From: Squalus acanthias
Taxonomy: Eukaryota
Assembly: GCA_030390025.1 (NCBI GenBank)
Contig: CM059438.1
Coordinates: 65,846,001-65,910,000, forward strand
Direction: 5' to 3'
Length of the DNA stretch: 64,000 nucleotides
Positions 15,944 to 26,500 of this stretch are shown in pieces (the first letter of the stretch is position 1; each line of letters starts with the position of its first letter). Below the pieces are notes generated by a model that searched no databases, had not been told where the DNA came from, and saw nothing but the letters and a program-made list of their open reading frames with translations. Made by a program: the position numbers and the translations under genes.

Positions 15944-16950
15944 AAGAATGGGCTTTGACCTCTTGGATATAATATTATTCACCTCCCCTTTCTACGACTT
16001 CCACTATGGTTGCCAGCATTGGTGCGGTGACCAATGGCTTGCCATCTTCTGACTTAAAACCTCTCCTGTCCCAAATCGCCAGGTGCTCCGTGCAAGAGTT
16101 ACAGGTAAACATAGAGTTGGAACAGATTGTATAAGGTGGGGGGAATTCAGTAGGATGCGTTACCACATAGGTTACAGCTGCCAACTCCGCCTGTTGAGCA
16201 CGAAGGGCGGTGGGCAGCGAAATCGCCAATTCCACCCCCTTCTGAGGGTCATAGATCCCGCACCCTGTTTTGTGTTCCCCTTTCTCCACAAAACTGGACC
16301 CAGCCACATATATGTCTCGCCCCTCAAGGTGGATGCTGGATTTAAATCCGCCACCCGTTTCCCACACCCCTTCGACTGTACAGGTGTGGGGTTTGCCCTG
16401 ATAATTGAGGTTGGCCGTTAACTTCGGGTCACTTATTGTTTTTACCCTCAGGTCCATCCCTTCTAGCTGGAGTGTCCACCCAGCAATCCGAGTGCTAGAC
16501 ACCGTCCCGTCCTTAATCAGACCTTCTAACAAGAGACGGGTTGGTGTGTGATAGGTGCGTTCCGGTGAATACTGCAAAATGCTTTACTGCCCAGAAGGTG
16601 GCGAGCAATTGCCGCTCAGAGGTACCTCTACCTCGGATAATACCTTGGAGGCGTAAGCTACTGGTCTCAAATGCCCATTAGTTTCCTGCATTAGGACAGC
16701 GCTCAAACTGTCGTCTGTCACCGCCACTTCTGGACAGAAGCCCTTTTTAAGGTCCACAGCTCCTTAGGCCGGGGCTGTCTGTAAGTCCCTCTTCAGCTGC
16801 ACAAATGCCTCTTCACAGTTCTCGTTCCACTCCCATTCTACTCCTTTCCTTAACAACCTTAATAAGGGAGCTACCGTGGCAGCGTAATTCTCCATGAATT
16901 CCCTACAGTAGCCTGTCAGAGCCAGGAGTGACCTAAGAGCGGTTACCGAA
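15944..16950 (-). mobile_element. LTR-retroelement/retrovirus-like pol fragment: RT thumb, degenerate RNase H (tether) and second RNase H; contains stops and frameshifts
   Basis: Minus-strand translation: LTGYCREF..YA...APL..LLRK..EWEW...CEEAF..LK..LQTAP; LSAVLMQ..LRPVAYASKVL; ERQLLATFWAVKHF; then IYVAGSS, AQQAELAAV, ICSNS, WDRRGFKSEDGKPL, EVKAHS. Confidence 0.88.
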
Positions 16951-18438
16951 CCCTTATCGTTCAAAAATCTGTCTATCTCCACCTTAAATATATTCAATGA
17001 CCCAGCCTCCACAGCTCTCTGGGGAAGAGAATTCCAAACATTCACGACCCTCTGAGAGAAGAAATTCCTTCTCATTTCCGATTTAAAAGGGTGTCCCCTT
17101 ATTCTGAAATTATGCTCCCTAGTTCTAGATTCCCCCACGATGGGGAAACATCCTCTCTGTATCTACTCTGTCAAGCCCCTTCAGAATATTATATGTTTCA
17201 ATAAGATCCCCTCTCATTCTTCTAAACTCCAATGAATATAGGCCCAACCTGCTCAACCTTTCTTCATAAGATAACCCCTTCATCTCCGGAATCAACCTCG
17301 TGAACCTTCTCTGAACTGCTTCCAATGCAAGTATATCCTTTTTTAAATAAGGAAACCAAAACTGTATGCAGTACTCCAGGTGTGGTCTCACCAACAGTTG
17401 TAACAGGACTTCCCTACTTTTATACTCCATTCACTTTGCAATAAAGGCCAACACTCCATTTGCCTTCCTAATTACTTGCTGTACCTGCATGCTAACTTTT
17501 TGTGTTTCATGCACAAGGACCCCCAGGTCCCTCTGTACTGCAGCATTTTGTAATCTCTCTCCATTTAAATTATAATTTGTTTTTTTATATTTCCTACCAA
17601 TGTGGATAACCTCGCATTTTCTCACGTTAAACTCCATCTGCCAGATTTTTGCCCACTCACTTAGCCTATCTATATCCCTTTGGAGATTCTTTGCGTCCTC
17701 CACACAATTTGCTTTCCCATCTATCTTTGTATCATCAGCAAATTTGGCTACATTACACTCAGTCCCTTCATCCAACTCATTAATATAGATTGTAAATAGT
17801 TGAGGCCCCAGCACCAATCCCTGCGGCACCCCACTTGTTACAGTTTGCCAACCTGAAAATGACCCATTTATCCTGACTCTGTTTTCTGTTAGTTAGCCAA
17901 TCCTCTATCCATGCTAATATATTACCCCCAACCCCGTGAGCTCTCATCTTGTGTAGTAACCTTTTATGTGGCACCTTATCGAATGCCTTCTGGAAATCCA
18001 AATACATGACACCTGCTGGTTCCCCTTTATCCACCCTGCTCGTTACATACTCAAAGAACTCCAGCAAATTTGTCAAACATGATTTCCCTTTCATAAAACC
18101 ATGCTGACTCTGCTTGACTATATTATGATTTTCTAAATGTCCTGCTATCACTTTCTTAATGATGGACTCCAGCATTTTCCCAATGACAGATGTTAGGCTA
18201 ACTGGTCGCTAGTTGCCTGCTTTCTGACTCCCTCCTTTCTTAAATAGGGGCATTACATTTGCGGTTTTCCAGTCCGCTGGGACCTCGCCAGAATCCAGGG
18301 AATTTTGGTAGATTACAACCAATGCATCCACTATCGCTGCAGCCACCTCTTTTAAGACTCTAGGATGCATGCCATCAGGTCCAGGGGACTTGTCCACCTT
18401 TAGTCCCATTAGTTTGCCTAGTACTTTCTCTCTAGTGA

Positions 18439-18649
18439 GAAGTCACACAACACCAGGTTATAGTCCAACAGTTTTATTTGAAATCACAAGCTTTCGGAGC
18501 GCTGCTCCTTCGTCAGGTAAAGGAGCACCTGACGAAGGAGCAGCGCTCCGAAAGCTTGTGATTTCAAATAAAACTGTTGGACTATAACCTGGAGTTGTGC
18601 GACTTCTCACATTTGTCCACCCCAGTCCAACACCGGCATCTCCACATCA
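18439..18649. mobile_element. Penelope-like element remnant: inverted pseudo-LTR hairpin plus about 39-bp tail (family A)
   Basis: About 84-bp inverted arms 18435-18518 and 18527-18610; flanking duplication TTTCTCTCTAGTGA at 18425-18438 and 18650-18663. Confidence 0.8.
18526..18561 (+). ncRNA. Minimal type I hammerhead ribozyme motif (mirror copy on the minus strand at about 18485-18520)
   Basis: cac-CTGACGA-A-GGAGC-agc-GCTCC-GAAA-GCTT-gtg: conserved core, 5-bp helix II, palindromic AGCT helix III, short helix I cac/gtg. Confidence 0.75.
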
Positions 18650-19046
18650 TTTCTCTCTAGTGATAGTGATTGTTTTAACTTTCTCCCCCCCCCCCACCCC
18701 AATAGCTCCTTGATTATCCATTATTGGGATGCTTTTAGTGTCTTCTACCGTGAAGACCGATACAAAATAATTGTTCAAGGTCTCCGCCATTTCCGTTTCC
18801 CATTATTAATTCCCCAGACTCATCCTCCAGGGGACCAACGTTTACTTTAGCTATTCTCTTCCTTTTCATATACCTGTAGAAGCTCTTACTGTCTGTTTTT
18901 ATATTTCTTGCCAGCTTACTCTCATAAGCTATTTTCTCTCTCTTTATCATTTTTTTAGTCGTCCTTTGCTGCTTTTTAAAAATGTCCCAATCCTCTGGCC
19001 TTTCACTATTCTTCGCAACATTGTATGCTTTTGTTTTTAATTTGAT

Positions 19047-19715
19047 TAAGAAGGCAAATGGTATGTTGGCCTTCATAGCGAGAGGGTTTGAGTACAGGAA
19101 CAAGGATGTCTTGCTGCAGTTGTACAGGGCCTTGGTGAGACCACACCTTGAGTACTGTGTGCAGTTTTGGTCACCTTATCTGAGGAAGGATGTTCTTGCC
19201 ATGGAAGGAGTTCAGCGAAGATTCACCAGGCTGATACCTGGGATGGCAGGAATGACGTATGAAGAGAGATTGGGTTGATTGGGCTTATACTCGCTGGAGC
19301 TTAGAAGAATGAGAGGGGATCTCATTGAAACTTATAAAATTCTGACAGGACTGGACAAACTAGATGCAGGAAGGATGTTCCCGATGGTCAGGGAGTCCAG
19401 AACCAGGGGTCACAGTCTAAGGATAAGGGGTAAGACATTTAGGACAGAAATGAGGAGGAATTTCTTCACCCAGAGAGTGGTGAACCTGTGGAATTCTCTG
19501 CCACAGAAGGCAGTAGAGGCCAATTCATTAAATAGATTCAAGAAGGACTTGGATATATTTCTTAAGGCTAAAGGGATCAAGGGATATGGGGAGAAAGCAG
19601 GGACAGGGTACTGAATTTGGATGATCAGCCATGATCGCATTGAATGGCGGAGCAGGCTAGAGGGGCCGAATGGCCTACTCCTGCTCCTATCTTCTATGAT
19701 TCTATGATTCTATGA
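19047..19715 (+). mobile_element. CR1 LINE 3' fragment nested in the antisense CR1
   Basis: [27 protein letters not shown]; (TTCTATGA)n tail; TTGAT duplicated at 19042-19046 and 19716-19720. Confidence 0.92.
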
Positions 19716-19792
19716 TTGATACCATCCTTTACTTCCTTAGTTAGCCACGGATGGTTCATCCTTCTCTTAGAGTCTTTCTTTCTCACTGGAAT

Positions 19793-19866
19793 TTTCAACG
19801 GGCGCAGGGTGATCACACATAACGATCCCCTCACCCGTTTTCAGGGGCAAACAAATTTTTAGCCCC
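19793..19866. mobile_element. Probable Harbinger right terminus
   Basis: Ends AAATTTTTAGCCCC (reverse complement GGGGCTAAAAATTT), resembling the GGGG(G/T)AAAAATT ends at 44370, 45114 and 61380. Confidence 0.55.
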
Positions 19867-20195
19867 AACACTCCAGTGATCCATATCACAATCATTCACA
19901 TTCCAATCATCAACATGCGAATCATCCACATCACAATCATCAACACTGCAATCATCGATTGACCAATCATCAACACTCCAATCACCAACACTCCAATCAT
20001 CAACATCATAATCATCAACACTCCAATCATCAACACTCCAATCATCAACACTCCAATCATCATCAATCCAATCATCAACACTCCAATCATCAACACTCCA
20101 ATCATCAACACTCCAATCATCAACACTCCAATCATCAACATCACAATCATCAACATCACAATCATCAACACTCCTTTCATCGACACTCCAACCAT
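19867..20195. repeat. Diverged remnant of the 15-bp satellite
   Basis: About 20 CAATCATCAACACTC-like monomers with many substitutions (ACATCA, ACATGC, TCGATT variants). Confidence 0.95.
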
Positions 20196-20907
20196 TTTCT
20201 TCGCCAAGCAACAACAGACTGCACCTTACAATAGTTGCACTTACATCTACGCTCATCCATTTCCCAACTCCAATGTCCCAGACTGTTGCTGAAGAACGAT
20301 TGATCCTCATTGGGAGCCGACAGTTCAGTATGGATCAGCTTTGATATATCTCACCTCAGTCACAGATTGAAGACAATGCTACAATTGATTGTGGATTATT
20401 CCAAGAAAAACAATATTCTGTATTGATTATGATCAGCAATATACAGGCACAGTATGTACACAGACTTGCTTCCCACTTTCATGGATGATTGGTAAACTTT
20501 GAAATATTGAATAATTTCTGAAAACCTTGTCTAATTGCTATCCATGGTAACACTGAATAGATCTTCTTGCAGTTGTTTGCACTTAATTATTAATTATTTT
20601 AACTTTTAACAATTTTGGTTCAGAATTTGCTGTCAGCGGCGAATGAATGATGTTTGCCATTCACTTCACTTACACTTGCCCATAGACATTTTGTGGTCTT
20701 TTGCACTGCAATTTTCTGTAATTAGAGAGATGAAACAGCGTTGCACTCTCTACAGGGGATCAAGGACCTGTGTGAACAGGGCAAGCCACAGTGTGTCTCC
20801 TTAACCAATCAGATTGTAGAATCCTTACTGAGGCATGTAACATCTGGACCAGGAAATGGCAGTTAAAATATTTAATTCAATGAAAAATCATGTACTGAAA
20901 ACAAAAT

Positions 20908-21262
20908 GTTCCTGCACCCCCATTAAAATTGTACCATTTCGTTCATATTGCCTCTGCTCATTCTTCCTACCAAAATGTCTCACTTCACACTTCTCTGCAT
21001 TACATTTCATCTGCCATGTGTTTGCCGATTTCACCAGCCTGTCTTTGTCCTCCTGAAGTCTGTTACTATCCTCCTCATTGTTTACTACATTTCCGAGTTT
21101 TGTAGCATCTGCAAACTTTGAAATGATGCCCTGTATACACAAGTCCAGGTCATTAATATATATCCAAAAGAGCAGTGGTCATAATACCAACCCCTGGGGA
21201 ACACCACTGTATACCGCCCTCTAGTCTGAAAAACAACCATTCACCACTACTCTTGTCTTTCT
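20908..21262 (-). mobile_element. CR1 LINE RT fragment
   Basis: ORF 20888-21142: ISKFADATKLG...LQED.DRL...WQMK.NAEKCEV.HFGRKN. Confidence 0.85.
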
Positions 21263-21273
21263 GGGCTGCATAT

Positions 21274-21768
21274 TTTTTTTTTATTTGTTCGCGGGATGTG
21301 GGCATCGCTGGCAAAACCAGCATTTATTGCCCATCCCTAAATATCCTCGAGAAGGTGGTGGTGAGCCGTCTTCTTGAACCACTGCAGTCCGTGTGGTGAA
21401 GGTGCTCCCAAAGTGCTTACTTTGTCGTAGCGGTTGTGTACAACTGAGTGGCTTGCTCGGCCATTTCAGAGGGCAATTAAGAGTCAACCACATTGCTGTG
21501 GGCCTGGAGTCACATATAGGCCAGACCGGGTAAGGACAGCAGATTTCCTTCCCTACAGGACATTAGTGAACCAGATGGGTTTTTACAACAATCCGGTATT
21601 TTCATGGTCACCAGTAGTGATACGAGCTTTTATTTAATTCCCGATTTATTTAATTAACTGAATTTAAATCCCTCAGCTGCCATCGTGGGATTTTAACTCA
21701 CATCTCCAGATTATTAGTCCAGGGCCTCAGGATTACTAGTCCAGTAACATTACCACTATGCCACCATA
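21274..21768 (-). mobile_element. tRNA-headed SINE with LINE-derived 3' tail
   Basis: Minus-strand head GGTGGCATAGTGGTAATG...GAGTTAAAATCCC (A/B-box-like), A-rich end; second copy at 55493-55863; tail matches 43905-44255. Confidence 0.75.
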
Positions 21769-22101
21769 TCCCATAACATTACATCCCCAGCCAGAGTGGA
21801 GGTGATTGGATAATTTCCCCCATGAATCTCGCATGTCAGTGACCGGGATTGATTTAACGCACAGATATCACCCTGCTTTTACCGGGAGACATTGCCATAG
21901 TGTCGGTCATGAGTTCTGTTTGCTGTAGATCATAGAGATGCTTTTAAAATAGACTTTGTAGACTGTTTGCGGTAGTGTACTGTAAGTAGACTCTGTGTGC
22001 TGAAAAAATAGACTTTGTTTGCTGCAGTTTGCTGTTATTCCTGCCGTAAGTCCCACCCCACCTCCAACTCATTGGCTGACACAGTGGTGTCAAAGGACAC
22101 T

Positions 22102-22448
22102 CTATAGAAATTACAGCACAGAAACAGGCCATTTGGCTCAACAGGTTTGTCGGTGTTTATGCTCCACATGAACACAGAAGCCTGGAGGCCACCTTACATC
22201 ATCTCACCCTATCACCATATTCTTCTATTCCTTTCTCCCTCATGTACTGATCTAGCTTCCCCTTAAATGCACCTATGCTATACGCCTCAACCACTCCATG
22301 TGGTAGCGATTTCCCATTCTCACCACTCTCTTGAGTAAAGAAGTTTCTTCTGAATTCCTTATTAGATTTATTAGTGACTATGTTCTATTTACGGCCCCTA
22401 GTTTTGGACTCCCCCACAAGTGGAAACATCTTCTCTATGTCTAATCCT
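22102..22448 (-). mobile_element. CR1-like LINE 3' end
   Basis: Collinear with the 3' end of the copy at 34915-35507, which encodes RT C-terminal motifs. Confidence 0.75.
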
Positions 22449-22498
22449 TGGAGCTGTCTCCTTCTCTCTCACTAAACATGAGATCAAAATACAAGTTG

Positions 22499-22953
22499 CG
22501 GAGATGCCGGTGTTGGACTGGGGTGGACAAAAATGAGAAGTCGCACAACACCAAGTCCAACAGTTTTATTTGAAATCATGAGCTTTCGGAGCGCTGCTCC
22601 TTCGTCAGGTAAAGTGAAGGAATACAAATCAGCAAAGCATATATAGACAGAGAACAATGTGTAGCGTACAATGTCAGACGACTACTGTGACCCCACCTCA
22701 TTGTCTTAGCTGTATTTTGCTGTGTCTTTGATGTAATGGCTTCCTGACTGGCCTGATTGTTTCTCTGCTGAGGTGTGATGGAGAGCAGTCAGAAAGATTT
22801 ACTGCAGTCATCTGACATTGTACGCTACACATTGTTCTCTGTCTATATATGCTTTGCTGATTTGTATTCCTTCACTTTACCTGACAAAGGAGCAGCGCTC
22901 CGAATGCTCGTGATTTCAAATAAAACTGTTGGACTATAACCTGGTGTTGTGCG
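22499..22953. mobile_element. Penelope-like element remnant (family A), inverted pseudo-LTRs with hammerhead motifs
   Basis: About 145-bp inverted arms (about 22542-22686 and 22805-22953), about 43-bp tail, 13-bp TSD AAAATACAAGTTG at 22486-22498 and 22954-22966; same sequence family as 18439-18649. Confidence 0.85.
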
Positions 22954-23282
22954 AAAATACAAGTTGTCACTGCTCTGTGGGAGGACAGACTTTATGGAAT
23001 TACTAATAGCCCTTAATCCTAGAGAGAAAGGCTACCATGCACCTTTGAAATGGTGCCATGGAGAGCTTGGAATCTGGTAGATACTGTTCTTTCCATTCTG
23101 TCAGTGAAGGGCTGAACATTGCCAATCAAAACCTACACATTGGAGGTGAGGACTTACCTCCAGGCTTCTGTGTTCTGTGTAAGCAGATGTTCCTGCAGCT
23201 GCCACTTGCTCCAGCTTGACGCCGCGCTGGCACTTGCTGTCTGAGCTCACCCTTAAAAGAATGGCCACTTGGGCAAGGTGCT

Positions 23283-23511
23283 TGATGTAAGAAAACTACG
23301 AGGCACTTGGTCTAAGCATTAAACAAAGCTTTAATCAACTGTTTTTCATCATGGAGGTCTAGTTGTGTCCTTTACGAGTTCCTGTTAAAGAATGTCCTGA
23401 GCAAGCTGGGCCCATGCCCGAGTATTTATACTCTCCCTGGACAGCGCCACCAGCAGGCCGCCCAGTATTATTGCATAAGTCATTTCCACATGAATGACAA
23501 GATTCATGTCA
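23283..23511 (-). mobile_element. Solo LTR, 229 bp
   Basis: TG...CA ends, 5-bp TSD GTGCT (23278-23282 and 23512-23516), minus-strand TATAAATA and ATTAAA; second copy at 57500-57727. Confidence 0.85.
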
Positions 23512-26500
23512 GTGCTAGAGGACGGCAAAGTGCCCAAGCAAAATGGAGGGCAGGATACAAAATCAGGGAGCTGCTCACTTCATGTCACCCATTCTGCCAT
23601 CTTGCATGCAGCAATGGCAGTGGCCTTGGTTTCATGATGCCATCAAGCCCAAGCCCAGTAGATAAACACCTCACTGATGATCAGGTTTCAACCATTTGTT
23701 CTACTCCGGCTTTAACTCCCCCTCAGCAGCAGGAAAAAGAGTCACAAAATAGCTGTCGTTAATTATTCATAGATCAGGGTGCACTTTGCTGACTGTGCAC
23801 TTTTAATTTCCCGTTAAAAAGGAAGTAACACATAAATTGTCATTCACAGTCCTTCACAACAGTATTTGGTTTTTTTTCTGTATATTCTTAGCAGCCAGAA
23901 AAAAGTGCACACTCCTTTGTTCAATGATCTATTTGTCAATTTCAAGTCAATTGCATAAATTCAGATTGTATCTATGCAATCTGTGCACTCAGCATAATTT
24001 CTGCTGTGCTGCTGTAATTTCCTTCATCAAACATAGCGTAGTGCATAATAAATGTTAACACCAGTAACAGCAAGCATGACCGTGTTTATCATGTCTCAGT
24101 TCTGAAGAGATTACATCAAGACTATTAAGTGCAAAAAAGACACTGTTCTTACTTTTCAAAATGACTGAGTTCCAGATTACAGACTAACCATATACTTTAC
24201 ATTCGGATCTGTTGCATGTAGCAGTAATTCTTTCTGTATAAACCACAGGTATACTGACGGCTTAAGCTCCATCTATAATTGAGGAACCAATGTGAAATGT
24301 CTCACTGTGCTGGGTTCTATCGTGTGAAAATTATATTGTAAAAGTTTCTGGTTTGGATTCAGTCATTTCATGCAAAATTGCTGACAATCTAAATGTATAT
24401 ATTGACAATTCTGATTTCTTATGTGGTGAGTTGCCAATTTTAGTTGGACTGTCAGATAAAGGCACTGAGCCAAAAGCGCTTGGCAGTGTTGGTTCCAGAA
24501 AGCTATTGGCAAATGCATGTGAAAATTGGCTCTCTGCCTTTTCTGTTTCGAACCTATATGTAGTGTAGATGGTTATAATGAATGGGACACAAATAGGACC
24601 TGTGGCTTCCCCCATTGATTCAGTGTGAGGTTTGCTTTGTAGCATGTGCAGTGCAGACCAAGAAGTTTCAAGGTTTGATTCTTGGTTTGTGTTGCTTTCT
24701 CTCTGAGCTCCAGTGGAGCACTGCAATTAGCCTCAGAGCCATTGGACTTGGGGGGGAAATGGGGGGCTAACGACGCTGCCACACAGTGCATGTTTCTCAG
24801 GCACTAAATGGCCTTCTAATCCTCCAATATGGTGGGCAGGAAGTGCACGCTAATTATGAGCTAGAAATGCGCCACTCGCCACATTGGAAAAGCCCCAAAA
24901 AATCGACGTCCAGTGCCCAGGCCTGAAACAGGCGTTAGGCCCTATGCAAGTACACCCCTCTCTGATCATCACTGCTACCCCTCCTTCCTTCCCCACCACC
25001 CACCTCGGCCTGTTACAGTCCGCAGCTCACTGGCTCAATGGTAATGAAGCCCGAGGCCCAATATTGGGTGCACCTCGGGCCTCACCATTCAGGCGCAGGG
25101 ATTGACCTCTGTGCGAGCCCCCGCGCACCCACGATGGCCATGCCGGAATTTCTAGTCCAGGGTATGAAAAATAACCCATGCTCAGCTCTTCTGATTGCTG
25201 TTCAATGACTGCTTCTGAAAACTGCATGTGTAGGGATGTGAGGTGAGAACAGCACTGAGCTTGACTTTGATACCCATGATTGAATTACCTGCTAACACTC
25301 ACTGTCTAGGCTCACACATGAAGAATAGTCTTCGGGGCTAAGATACTTGAAGTCTTCTAGCACCTTTGCAGAAGTAACCTGGAAAGAATCACCTCTTTCA
25401 GTAGAAAAGGGAGAAAAATGGAAACAAAATCAGCAGGATAAAGAAATGTTAATCCAACCTGTGCCATTGTTCATCAGCTACCAGGTTCCTGGCTCTGTAC
25501 CAAAACATCTAACTTCTACCTACATCACCTGTAACTTTACCTCTTTCTAGGTCTTCTCCATTTGCCCCTCCACCCTGCCTTATTCATTTAAATGCAACCT
25601 TATTACCATCCTGAATCAGGATAAGCCTGATCCCTTTGTACAACTTCCCCGCTCCAGAACTTCTCCAAATGTCCTTGGAATCTGTAACCCACCTTTCGAC
25701 AATATAGTCCCATTTTAGCCTGGAACGTGATTCAGGCGGATGGGGCAAGCACCAAACCAGCCCCCAGCCTTGGCAGCGTGAGGCTTGGGCGGTTTTAACT
25801 CCCGGGCCTCACGCTGCATGCTGCCGGTCAGCTGCATGCCCGAAGCAGGTGGGAAGAGACAGCTGGTCAGCGGGCGGGAGTGGAAACTTGGGCGACAGGA
25901 TGGGAGGCTCACCAGCACTTCGGGAAGTCAGGGAGAAGGGTTCGGGAGGGTTTCACAGGAGGGAATGGGGAGGACCCCGGGACAGGCCTAAACTTCCTGG
26001 AGGTGCACTCCTGCTCCTCCTGGCTCCACAAGGAAAGTAATAAAAGTTACCTTAAATGGTCTCTTCTGGTCCCAAATGATCTTCCCGCTGGCTTCACCTG
26101 GCTGGAAAGCCACAACAGCTTCCACACTCAGGCCAGAGTTAAAATTGCAATCGGGGCCCAATGACGTAATCGGACCCTGATCTGTACAGTTAAAGAAGGA
26201 CCCTGCCGACTTAGGAGAGTGTACTTGCCACCTGCTCAGAAGAGCAGGTTAGTATTGAAGGTGGTGGGATCCATGTTGGTGGATAAGGCACCTGGCCAAT
26301 TTTTAACTGCCCAGTTTCCAGCGGAGGGGTAGGGTTAAAATTTCTCATTATATTTCTAACCATGATTTGACATGTCTAATCTGCTTCTCCCTAATTTATC
26401 CAGTGTGTGGCACGCAAAGTAAACCTGAGATTACTGCCCTTGAGGTCGTGCACGATAGTCTAGAACCTGATTTGCCAAACCCTCTCTGCAAGACTCCACC

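Larger units (their letters stand above)
16951..19792 (-). mobile_element. CR1-clade LINE, decayed, similar to the copy at 13011-15144; carries two nested insertions
   Basis: RT motifs in ORFs 17125-18409 (KSCLTNLLEFF, YLDFQKAFDKVPH, KFADDTK, SPGPDGMHPRVLKE); 3' tail missing at the junction with the pol fragment. Confidence 0.93.

Noticed and set aside
16764..17138. CR1-pol fusion ORF as a chimeric gene
   Set aside because: Chance in-frame junction of two decayed elements, ending in a premature stop
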